DNA of 64,000 nucleotides from Tubiluchus corallicola (lineage: Eukaryota; Animalia; Priapulida), in contig JAQGDQ010000088.1 of the NCBI GenBank assembly GCA_030141605.1, positions 496,001 through 560,000 on the forward strand, given 5' to 3'. Under the pieces are notes generated by a model. The model made no database searches. It saw only the letters and a program-made list of their open reading frames with translations, and was not told the origin of the DNA. The position numbers and the translations under genes were made by a program. Below, one piece after another: positions 37,425 to 49,680 of this stretch; position 1 is the first letter of the stretch, and each line of letters starts with the position of its first letter.

Positions 37425-38873
37425 ATTGACAAACATGTCCATGCAATCAAAAAGGAAAGACTACGTTAAAAGGATTGTTCTTGCTATTAAAATGCAGTAA
37501 AGTGGAGACAGGCGATATACACCTTGTTTTACTATAATATTGTCCTACACATTTTATTTCTGGTGAACGACATACTGTGGATTTTGTTTCAAAGAACACC
37601 AAAAAATCTTTTCACTGAGTCACAGAACATCTAAAACAACGTTCAATTCCATTTAAATTTTTGCTGTATTCCGAGATCCTAAAGCATATGTGTAGATTCA
37701 AAATTTATCTACATGGATTTATTTCAAACTGCATTAAGTAAAACAAATTCGCTTACAACACATTAACTCAATTTACTGCCTCTCTTTTTTCAATTTCTTC
37801 TATTACAGAGTTCTGTGCTAACATCAGGCAGAGCGCATGAGCTAATAATGCTTCAGTTGTACTATTGTGATTGTACTTTTGCACGTGATTGTTATCGTTT
37901 TTCAGTTCAGCAATATAGTAATTATGGTAATCAGCATTTTTGACGCTTTTAACCTTTCTGCAAAAAGACCATCACAAATTATAACTTGTAGCTCCTAGCA
38001 GACTCATTATAAAATCTGCCAAAAACACCGATTTTCTAGATCTAACTTTTGTTATATAATAACTTCCAGGAAAGTAAAAGTCACTTTTTCCAGTGACAGG
38101 AAACAATGAATATTTAAAAAGTGCAATATGATTTGAATAAAATTTCATTAATAACGTATTAGGCCTTCAAGTGTACTCTATCAATGCTAATACGAGCTAC
38201 CAGACATGTAAACGTTTACGTAAATTGGAAAGTAAAGTTAATCATCTTCTCTTCCTGCTACCGACAGAGCAGTTAACACAGATGCAGCGATGAGCATCTA
38301 GCCTGCAGCGTATTGTATAGGGTGATCCGAATAAAAGATTGAGCATTTCAATACAGAATTGGTTGCTCTAAGGAATATAGAAGTCTTGAAAGGAAGATTA
38401 AATACTTGAAAAAAGATAAATAAGAAAAGCCGACAATTTAATTATTAAATTAACTGCCCTGCAATTGAAAACGCTAGTCATCGATTTAAAATAATTACAA
38501 CGTATTATCATATCTTGGAGCCCTAACTAGTTTTCAGTTCATAATATCTTGTAATAGCACACGTCATGTATACTATATAATACCATAATAATCAACTTAG
38601 ATAGCAATTTCCTCACAGTGGTATTAATAATGTAAACTAGGTGTCAGTAAGTGATAACTATAAGCAAGTGGAATATTTTTCACTTGACATGTTTAAGTTT
38701 ATACGATGGTACATGAATTGGATGCTGCACGTTGCAAAATAGATGAACATTTGAACTACACAAGAAAATCTAGTACAGAAAGCATAGTCATAACTTGAAT
38801 AATACGTCATTAGAAGCTTTATCTGACGCCGTAAGCTGTATACAAATAAAAAACAAACTTTAGGAAGACTTAC

Positions 38874-38921
38874 CAGAGCATGTCCAGATTATCCATAATG
38901 AAAAAGCCATGGCTTGTAGAG
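38874..38921 (-). CDS. Neto: Neto-like signal-peptide exon (candidate start ATG at 38910)
   Basis: TTTTCTATTTCAG|CT ... CTG|GTAAGT; LQAMAFSLWIIWTCS(G), with GCCATGG Kozak context and a phase-1 donor matching the next exon. Confidence 0.7.
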
Positions 38922-39698
38922 CTGAAATAGAAAAAATGGGAATGTTACAAAACATTCACAAATAGATAGTACTGATTACAATGGCAGATGCTCGAAGGAG
39001 AGGATATCTACAAAGAATGTTGAAATTATTGAAAACTTATTAAACGTGGAACTAAAAGAGTAATTAGTCAAGATTATAATGATGTGGGGAGTATTTGGCA
39101 AGGGTTACTATTCTTTGTTCTGATGCGTAGTCACCATTCGCTTGCAAAGAACATTCGATGGTATGCGATTTCTCATTTTTGAGCGATTTAGCAAAATTTT
39201 TATACGTAGCTCTGATTGCACCTATACAGAAGCAACCCGAGTTTGGAAGTGTAACTCATTGCACTTTAATACAGTATAGTGGGTGTAATTGTCCCTAGAA
39301 GTAATTTTTTAAATTGTAAAAAGGTAATGTAGACACCCTGTATAAGCAATATAAGCCTAATTATTATGAAAGAATGGTTGCTGTCTTTTCGGCGCAGATT
39401 AATGAGTTTTGTTGAGAGCCAGAATTTAAGTGGGATTAACATTTCAAAGATAAGAGATTTCCATCTTCGCTAAGCTTTCAACGAGAGTGTGGTTTTCATT
39501 CGCGGATTCACAGTCTTCTAACAGAATATGCAATATTTTAAACGAGCGAACATTTCGTCAAATACAAATGATACACATTTAGCAATCCTAAACAAGAATA
39601 ATAGAATAACGAGTACAAAACCCTTATTTAACCGCAATATTCTCCAAATAGAAACTGGGAGATCGAAACAATAGGGAGAAGGGAAGACACACCGTGAC

Positions 39699-39852
39699 GC
39701 ACACATGCGCACGCACGCATGCACCTACGCACACACGCACGCGCACACACACGCACACGCAGCACACGCACACACACACACACACAGAGGGAGAGAGAGA
39801 GAGACAGACAGAAGGAGGAAAGTAGAGAGAGACAGACAGAGAGACAGAAAGA

Positions 39853-39902
<50 letters not shown>
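39699..39902. repeat. Compound (CA/CG)n-(GA)n microsatellite
   Basis: Direct reading. Confidence 0.9.
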
Positions 39903-39903
<1 letters not shown>

Positions 39904-42900
39904 GTAGTGTAGATTTTGGGGTGATTAAACGAGAACCGCCTGACGTTCTTCTCACAATATAATTTTCTGTTTTCAGCCCGTTAACAAGGAAGCCCGTGAT
40001 AGTTTTGCCGAAACGCAAATTCGCTCCAGATGGCTTCAGTTTGTAGGGCAATTCCTGATTATTTTCGAGGGAAAAGCTGCCAAGTTTACCATAAATTGTG
40101 CACTGCCCAACACTTTGTCAGGAAAATCGGTTTGTTGTCATAGCAAAATCAAGAGAGGACCCTTTGGTAAACCCGGTTTCGTAGCAATATATGTTAAAAT
40201 AAAACATCATTACATAGATCAGTGTTTACCCTATCATGGTTTTGTCTATTTACTATAGTTTAAATTATTGTACAGCGTTGCACAAGTTGCTTTTCTAAAG
40301 TAATTTTATTAATCAGATGCTATGCAGGTCTTAGTAAAAAGACCAAATAAATTTGGAGTGTACCTTGTCACAACAAGCCACATATCAGAACGTTTCACTT
40401 CAGTATATTTCAAGATACAATTAAATAACAAGATACATACAAAATTAAAACAGAGTTGAAGTTGCTTGCTATACTTCGGATATTTAGATTAATTGTGGAT
40501 TAACTTACTGTCAAATTTACGGCCTTATTTACGTAAATATTTTTCTGTACGGTACTCAGTTACTAAGTGTAGTTGTAAAAGGAATAAATTGAAAAATCCT
40601 TTTGCTGTTTTCGTCATTTTCATTTTCAGCATTGACCGCATTTACGCACTTTATTACCTAGTTACAGTGCAAAATCATTTTTCGAGTAATGGCGGACATA
40701 ATCATTTTCAGGCTTCTCACATATTCTGGTAATCTTAGAAATATCACCATTGTTTTCTTTCACCTTAAAAATGTATGTGTACCAGCAGAGTTCAGCTTTC
40801 TTTAGACATTTTTTTGCTGAGCTATATAGCAAAAGACATTATTTTCTGGGTAACTGTCGAGAGTTTCTTGCAGCTTTTGATGTGATTTTCCACCAACTTG
40901 TCTGTGCTAGATTTTTAATTTATTATTAGCACATTTTTCTGTACTAGATACAGGTGAAAACAATTTTATATGCGAATAAAACCACCTCTAAAAGTCAGTA
41001 GGTTTTTCTCTTCATTCCTCTGGCACACAAAATTAATGTATTCTTTTAAAACATTTTAAAGTATACTATTAAGGCGCCTGTTTTTAACTGGGCCGGCCTT
41101 ACTGGAAATAATTTGGTGGGCCTCAGGCTTCTGGCTAGTCTGTAGAATCGTATAAAATCATTATAGGCTTGACGTTTCTATGACAGAATGGAAAGCAATT
41201 GCAAAGTTCGGTGCGTGCGACTTAATGACCAAACAGCCACATTTTGAAACAAAATTGCACAATGTAAGCCCGGCAGTATGATTTGGTAGATCACCACTGT
41301 GTGTTAAGGGATCACTTAGTTTAATGACTGCGAAACGATTTACTAAAAATCATTTTGGAAAGGTCCCATTTTATGACTTGTGCTTTCTCACAGTTCACTT
41401 ATATTGAAGATTTAAAAAAAACAGTAAAAAATAGAAACGCCTACAGGTGTTCTGCTCTGCTAGTTAAATTTAGTAGAAATTATCTTTTAAAATGTTTATG
41501 TAATAGCTGCAGAAGCTTAAAAATGATGACAGTAATGGCTGGGGTAATTGATATAGCAAAAAAATTTGTAGCTAACGCTATTGTTGTGGGTATATATGGA
41601 TGGACCAAGGCCTAAAAGTAGATTACTCTCCCCCCCCTCTCTCTCTATATATATATATATGTATACGTTGTCACTCGGGGACTCGGGGCCTCAGAGAAAT
41701 TTTCCGACTGGCTTAAAAAGGTCCTGGACTTTTTTAGAGATTTTTTTTGCAGTGACAGCCTGTCGTAAGCGAACTTCAATACAATCCTACAAGAAATGTT
41801 GTGCCTTCAGCTGACAGGAAAGAAGTACTTCTTTAAAATAAAACGCTCGTGACTTTATGATATATTTGTCAAGCAGTTATCAAACACACCGTTTTGTCTA
41901 CAAACTTATCATAACTGATCAGGGAATTAGAATCCCACGGCTGTTTTTGTAGGAAAGCAGAGGAAATCAATACCGCGTAACCTGTCTTTTAATATTTTAT
42001 AAGAAGAAGAACAGTTAAACAGCAGGTGCGCACATACAGAAAACACGGATGTACATCACAGTACATGTAAGGTTTTCCTCAGGCAGCGTCCCCATGAGTT
42101 CCCTGGAGGTATTTTTTGCAGTTCTGTTCCGCATACTATAAGCCGAGATCCATCAGTTTACAAATGTCTACTACATTCATATGGCTGCGGTTGGAGCAGA
42201 GCTTAGTTGAATATCAAGGATAACTCTGAACTGGCAGAGTCACTGTGAAAGCATGGGTAACCATATTTGGATACACTCCTTAATAAGAGATCTAGCTGGA
42301 GAAACTTCCAGGAAAAATTTTCCCGGTAATCAACCATCCACTTACTTCCTAGCCAAAAAAAAACAATATTACCTTTCAGCTATTCCTCACTTTGTACTAA
42401 TAATTAGCTTGGCACAATGATATTCTATATTTTGTGGACTAGTAGGCTTAGCTTTTATTCTAGACAACGCACAGCTTGTTTGAAGCCACACTAACGCCAA
42501 GCATTTCCTGCTAATAAGCTGTTTTTATCATACCTAATTTAAACGATGCAAGTTTGACGACAATTTAAGACCAAATTTAATTAACACTCGCTGAAACTCG
42601 CTGTGTGTAAAATTACTGCGTGCGTCAACGCAAGGAAATAGAATTTTATCAGGGAAAATTTTTACAGCAGACACTACGTGGAATCTTCGAGTAACACTGA
42701 TTACTGCTCTTCAAAAAGCACGATGTTTGCTGAGTTCCACACTATGCAGTTGGTCAAGGACTGAAAAATTAGCTATATAGACTAAAATTTTTATTCTTAT
42801 AATAAACCTTATTTTTCATGCACAGCGATGTTAATATCGAATAATGTAAGGCAGCTTATACTGCTACTTTTCAGTCTGCCTTTATGCAACTTGACTGCTC

Positions 42901-45887
42901 TATTGTAAATTAAACAAATTTATATTATCTCTATAAGAATTTTACTTTTAGCAAACCTCTCTCCACAAAGTTTAATTTAACAAAATTATTTCGTTAAATT
43001 TTACTGTTATTTGTGTATTTGGCTTATTATTTTTCTCATAAAAAATTCCGTTAGCTTCTTCTTGTAACAAAATTTCGGGCAGTCTTCACGATTTCTTGAA
43101 TAAGAATATTCTAAATAGAAAGATAGATTGTTATTATGTGGTTAGAATAATTCACTTTTAGTAAAGTTACATCGGCTGCATCCACAAAATTTAATGTTCG
43201 TGCTCTGTCACGTCAACAGATTTTCGTTTATTGTGTGTAAGTCTAATATGTTTCCACGCGGAGTAAAATTTTCAATATGAGTGTTGGATGAATTAGAAAA
43301 ACTGTGTATTATACAGAATTATATAGTTTATAATATAGAATACGGCTTAAGTCTTTAGTGTGCCATCACTTACCCAAATAAATTTCAAGATTCCCAATCA
43401 CAACGTCATTCAATGACTGATCACTGATGTTCATTTAATTAGCGCTCATTCACTGATTGACTATTATGTAGGAATAATTGGCGCAATTTCATTACAGTTG
43501 TATCAATACCCAAATCCACTAAGATGAATCATGGGCAACTTCCGGCCGTTTATATACTAATGACTGGCGAATTTGTCAACAATAAAGGGAAGATTTGGAC
43601 GAATGGGTGCAAATTATAGATAAAACGTAATTTGACTGCGCGTACATGTTCATTACACTAGAAGAAAATGGTGCTATGGTAAGAGCTGAAAATTTTTTGA
43701 CACATTAAATTATTTTCGCCCTCTTCTTGAAAGTTTCTTCCAGATCGTCGGCCATAGAGCTAGATCGGGTGATTCAGGCTGAATTGTAAATATAGGCTAA
43801 CTCACAGGAGACGTGTATTTCCGGTTTGCGCGCGTTGAAGTCTGGCAAAAGCAGGGATAGCCATACAGGATTTATTTTAGTTGTTTTTAGAGATTTCTAG
43901 TTGTAAACCGAGTACCAGCATTATTGGGCAAATTTTTTAAATAATAAAAACAAAACTTAGAAACTTTTCTTTCTGACGTGCCAGTGGTTATGTCGCAGTG
44001 AATATTACGGCTATAAAATAAGCGTAGCTATAAGGGCAGAGTAACCGTCAGGTCCTGTATTACAAAACATTCCAAATTTATCCGCGCTTATTATCCATAG
44101 TACACAATCACAGAGAAGTGAGCGCTTCATCAAAGTTCTAAACTAGAAAACTCTGCTAGGCCAAGGCGATAAGGCGTCGCAGTTCGTATTGCACTATATC
44201 TTGAAATCCCCGTTTAGGCTGTTGTGTGCCCCCCCCCCCGTGAATGTCATGCCTTTCTGATAGTCTAGATACGCGTGCATGACATCTTTACATGATATCG
44301 ATAAAATTCAACTAGGATTCTTGAGTGGTACGCTTCCATATGACCTTTTATTTGATACTTTACCTATATCAGTACCCGGATCTATTACTCCTGTACCCGG
44401 ATCTATTATGCACCTTAGAAATTCTTTTAAACAGCGATAGCTAAACACGAACATTTCAATCTTCAAGCCTACAGCATGAATGATCAAAACGCTTTATTTC
44501 TATCAATAAGCTGACACTCCTATGCACGACTAAATGCTTTGCTTGACCTTTGGGGAAAACCTGATAGTCTATATAGGTAACATAGATCGTGGCAGGCAAG
44601 AACGGCAATTTAAGCGTCATTCAGTCGCAATTGGGGACATCCGATAGTTTAAAAGTGATTTAACTTTGCAGTAACGAAAAACATGGACGTCCCACTTAGT
44701 ATTCGAATGGTTATAAATGTAATTATGCCACGCTTTTTCTAACTGTACGTTTAGTTCGTTTTAAACCTGCTAGATTCCTAGAATTCACGATTATTTAAAA
44801 AGACATAAAAACGCCAAGACATTTGGAAATTATGCACAGTGATTAACATACACAGTACACTCTATAGACCTCATTAGGGACAACATTAACATACTCGCAA
44901 AAGCTTTTGATATTACAATGCACCGCGGCCGATGCGAAAATATTTAACATTTGGTCACCTAAAGCAATAGTTGTAATTCGGATGAAAAGCAGAAAAAATT
45001 GTGAAAAGTTCCTAACTTGTTAAAAGGGGTATATTATATATGTACACTTGTACTATATCGTTATACGCTATGATAATTTATGTTACCTTTTATCTGTTTA
45101 TTACTTTTGTCCTTGGAAATCTAATAAGTCAAAAACCAGAACCAGTAAAAGTGATGTTATTCTGCGCTTGAATAGAAACAGCTTTTTAAGTTGTGCTTTT
45201 GTTTTTTGACCTGTGATGACCCAGTCCTTACAAATTCGGCATTACCTTCTCTAAGGCTTCACAAAGGCTCATTCAAATTCCTCCCGCTTTTAAATGCGAA
45301 ACGTATAAATCTCTTTTTTCTTAATTAAAAGATAAAGTAATTACCTTAAACCAATATATGGTAAATGTCAATCTTATCTGATTTTATTTGTACTGATTTA
45401 ACCGCTCCCTGACCAAGATGACCAGACCTAACATGATCCATGATGGTCCGTCCAATACAAATTGCTGAATCAAATCAAGTACAAACAATTTCAAGTCAAA
45501 ACCGATCAAGTCATAGTGAACTGTATCTAGGTTCTGCGGTTAATCAGGAGCAGCAATTAGACAGTATTAGGGTATAATATTGGTAAATCACAACACTAAC
45601 TCAAGCCCAAGTTACTTGAATCTTTCAGAAAAAATATACAAAATCTCTCTAGATGCAAAATATGAAGAAGCAACTCACTTCTAGCTACTAGTTTAGTCGC
45701 CTCGATTAAATGTTCTACGCAAAAATTTATCTCTGTAAGTAAACCTGTTCCTTAACAAAACCTGTTTTATGTTCACGTCCGAAAAATCTGTAAACAAAAC
45801 AGCAGAAAACATTTGACATTTGCACTATAACTTGTTTATCATGAATGTAAGTCAAACAGATCCAAAACACTTTCATTTCTTAGTGGT

Positions 45888-46279
45888 TATCTAATTTCAC
45901 ACAACAGCCTTGAAATTTCAAATTTTATGCTACTCCACTGTTAAGTTTAGAGTATCACTATTAGAACTACCAAATTTAAGATTATGGTACACATACACAT
46001 AATTTTAGCATGTTATAGTATTTTTTCAAAGGCCTTGCTGGTTGCATTATGGATGTGTATTTTTATTGGGAACAAAACTCTAATTTAGTGTCTATCTAAT
46101 TTCACACAACAGCCTTGAATTTTCAAAGTTTATGCTACTCCACTGTTAAGTTTAGAGTATCACTATTAGAACTACCAAATTTAAGATTATGGTACACATA
46201 CACATAATTTTAGTATTTTATAGTATTTTTTCAAAGGCCTTGCTGGTTGCATTATGGATGTGTATTTTTATTGGGAACA
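45888..46279. repeat. Tandem duplication, period 205 bp, two copies
   Basis: 45888-46074 and 46093-46279 are nearly identical. Confidence 0.92.
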
Positions 46280-47319
46280 TTTTAAATGATATATTAGTTT
46301 TAATGTTTATTTAACGCTGCGTTTGATATTTGTTTTTCCCTATTGTATATTTGTTGTGTTTTCCCGTATTTTTAACGGTGTAATTCATGTATAATGTTCG
46401 TGTTATTGTAAAACAAACTAAGTGCTCCAAGCTTAGCTGAGCCGAGCGAAGCCAATCCAGCTACTCAAATTAGTTCAACCAAATTTTAACCATGTCTTAC
46501 TATCTAACTCTGCGTAGTCTAATAAGATCAGATAGCTTCAGTTCATTTCATTCAATGCATGTGATTTAATATTGGCTTAATTACGATGAATTTGAGCAAT
46601 TAAAGTTAAAGGTAAGAAAAATGGTCACTCTATGTATATAAGAAACTTTGTAGTTCAAAGAACTAGAGATGTGCAGGAAACGATGCGACAAATGAATCCT
46701 GTCAATGGAAGAACATGGTAGAAGGCATTTATTTTGAAAACCAATAGGAATTTTTTAATCTTCGGGCACTAGGCCTTCGGATGCCTGGCAAGACTGCGTC
46801 TTAGATGACCCCAGCTTGAATTTCGTCCAGTCGCATCCATCATGTATTTCGAGTTAGATCAAACGTTCGAAAATGTTTATCACTCATGGATTTTGACTTA
46901 AAAAAGTTCCTTGCTAAGGTATTGCATTTGCGATTTGCTGAATTCAACATTAATAAATGCACTGATCTTCTTTTAAAAATGCACGATGCAGATGTGACAT
47001 CATTCGATTACATTCAGATCCGACAGCCGTTGAAACACCTCTAATTAATCTACTTTAGAAGTTTTAGAATCATCCTATGGGTTGCTATACTTAGCAAAGC
47101 CCTTCTTTTTCACTATAGGTATATGTATAGCTCAATTAAGACTCGTTTCGTAGGTTAAGAATGGCGAATTAAGGAACTTCTAATGCAGTGAACTTCTTAT
47201 TGGTAAAAAATTAAAGATATTAATATTATATATATATATATAATGATACTCAATCTTTTTTTCATTTTGAACTGACACAGATTAAAGCATAGACTGCAAT
47301 AGCAGTACCTGTACAAATT

Positions 47320-47320
<1 letters not shown>

Positions 47321-47386
<66 letters not shown>
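47321..47386. repeat. (AAT)n microsatellite
   Basis: Direct reading. Confidence 0.95.
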
Positions 47387-47389
<3 letters not shown>

Positions 47390-47749
47390 CTATATTACAC
47401 GAGTAATCAGAAAAACGCCTGTTGTGGTTGGGTGTCGAGCGTGATATCAAGATATAAGGCCAGACCTGCTTCTGCTAAAAAGTTCCTCGTGCTCCAAGAA
47501 TGAAGATCAAGTTCAAGTACTGGAGCGAAAGTGGGTGTTAAACTTAATGCACCTACAGCAATGATTATATATGGTGTTTGGAAAGTCCGTGTGCAATTTT
47601 AACTCTTCTGACTATATTTGATAATCCAGGGCTGGATTAAGGTGTTCTGGTGCCCTAAGCACAGCCAGCACCGCAACCATACGTATTATGATACTAATTA
47701 TGTAACATATAAAACAATTTTCATTGCTCTGTATAAGATTTATACAATA

Positions 47750-49680
47750 TTATACTGTATTGAAAATGGTAGACCAGGAAATGGACTGTTGTGTAACATA
47801 CGTAGCAGCACCGGCAGTAAGTACCGTCAGAAAATCAAAGAAGTTCTGCGAAATCAAGACGTAATGGCGGAAACAATAACGCAGCAAGATGGCAGACCGA
47901 CTTGGCATGAAGTGAGGCGCTTACGCAAAACAAATAAACTGCGTCAAACAGCATTATTGGGTATACTGATGCTAAAGAAATACCCAATGCCTTCGGAAAA
48001 AATTTTCAACAACTATATAACAGTGTCGGCACTACAGTAAGTGAACTGCAATATCTGCAAGAGAGACTACGTAGAGATGCGATGCTGGATCAATCATTCA
48101 ACGTCTGTGTAACTGAGGTCCAAGAAGCAATATCAAAGTAAAACAGATGGATCCACAGGACTAGACAACGATCACGTTATAAATTGCTCAAAGAAACTAG
48201 TCATCTGTCTTACATTACTAGTTAATGCAATGTTTAAACATAGTTATTGTTCGTTATTGTTATGTACTAGTACAATCAATCCAATAACTAAAGATTCTCA
48301 TAGCAATTTAGATTCAAAAAGTAACTATAAAGGGTAGCCTTAACCTGTTGCATTATAAAGATAACTGATTGGATTGTTTTAAATAAGTGTCAGAATAATC
48401 TTGCCAGTTGTGATCTTCAGTTTGCTTATAAAAAGAAAAGCTCCGCGGACCTTTGCACGCTGGTGTTAAAAGATACTGTCAGAGCTGACATTGATAAAGA
48501 TACGCCCGTTTATGCATGTTTAATTCCAAAAGCATTCGATAGAGTTAACGTTCTGCCTTGTTTGAATAGCTTGAAAATTCAAACAAAGTATCAAGAAGTA
48601 AGGTTTTAGCTTTTTACTCTTCAAAGAATTAGAATTCAATGGAATTCAAGCATTTCACCAGATTTTATCGCAACGAATGGTGTAAGACAGGGAAGTGTTT
48701 TGTCTGGGATTTTATTTACCTTGTACATTGATGAACTGTTAATCAGACTCCGAAGTGCAGTAGTGCGGTGCCATCTTTTAAACACATTTGTAGGAGCATT
48801 AGGCTACGCAGACGATGCTGTACTACTTGCACCGAGTGTAATAAGTTTAGAAAAACATGTAAAATCTTTGTGCTGAATTTCTGAATAAGAATGACATGAT
48901 GTTTAACATAAAAATCCAAATGTATTATGTTTAGACGTTCCAGTGAATGTAGATTACCTCGGATATCTATTAACGGTGTAATTTTAAACTGACATAACGG
49001 AAGTATCTCATTTAGGCCACCAACTTAGATATAATCTATCTCAGTTTCCCGAAGTAGTAAGGTGCATGCATGATTTCATTAAAGCTGTAAATTCATTATT
49101 GTGTTTTTTCAAATCTGTGAGTAACAAACGTGTATTGCTTAAATTGTTTATTGCTTATTGCTGCGCATCCTATGACAGTTTAATTTTTGAGTTAACTGAC
49201 AGAAGTGTAATATTTATGATTGTTAAAATATATCGAAAAGCACTGCGTCGTATACAACTCGCATTCTACAATGACGATAACGATTGTTGAAACTTCCTCC
49301 TATGAATTTTTAATATGAATTATGAAGAGAACGCTTAAACTGTTAGCATGTGTAAATCGGTCAAGAAGTACTGTCTTAAAAATACCGTCACTTTTAAACA
49401 TGAATTCTACTTGTACAACCCTAGGAATGAATAGGATATTTATCGCACAAAATTTTTGTAATTTTAATAACACTACTTCGAATAATCGTGATATAATTGC
49501 TTGTGAACTGTACTGGCTTACTGAAGGGGAAAACCACCTACCTGGCTTTTCGTATGAAGAAATTCGTCAGATTTTGTATCATATTATAACTAACTAATGT
49601 AAATATTTTTGTAAATTATTACTAAGAAATATTGACAAATATTGCGCTGTTATAATATGTAATATGTGCGAATAAAATCT
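47750..49680 (+). mobile_element. Decayed, 5'-truncated LINE ORF2 (reverse transcriptase) with stops and frameshifts
   Basis: QFAYKKKSSADLC, KAFDRVN, NGVRQGSVLSGILFTLYIDELL (48676), GALGYADDAVLLAP (YADD at 48805-48816), C-terminal ORFs 49066 and 49322, AATAAA at 49671. Confidence 0.9.

Larger units (their letters stand above)
34203..38032. repeat. ~850-bp near-identical direct duplication; second copy split by a ~2.16-kb insertion
   Basis: 34203-34425 = 35055-35277; 34425-35053 = 37440-38032 except for a 37-bp indel and a few small differences. Confidence 0.9.
8629..38921 (-). other. Neto: Gene span: Neto/SOL-2-like CUB-CUB-LDLa transmembrane protein (putative ionotropic glutamate receptor auxiliary subunit), join(38874-38921,33891-34067,27549-27652,26744-26912,24526-24552,22676-22815,20228-20447,17999-18121,11995-12164,8629-10077)
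   Basis: All ten exons have AG/GT boundaries and compatible phases (1,1,0,1,1,0,1,1,0), giving one open frame. The domain order SP-CUB-CUB-LDLa-TM-tail is the Neto architecture. Confidence 0.85.

Noticed and set aside
39518-39724. Hydrophobic ORF (KGFVLVILLFLFRIAKC) as an alternative Neto first exon
   Set aside because: Starts in a microsatellite and has no convincing phase-1 donor.
41088-41726. Possible hAT MITE (CTGGGCCGGCCTTA ... AAGGTCCTG)
   Set aside because: Terminal match is weak and there is no TSD.
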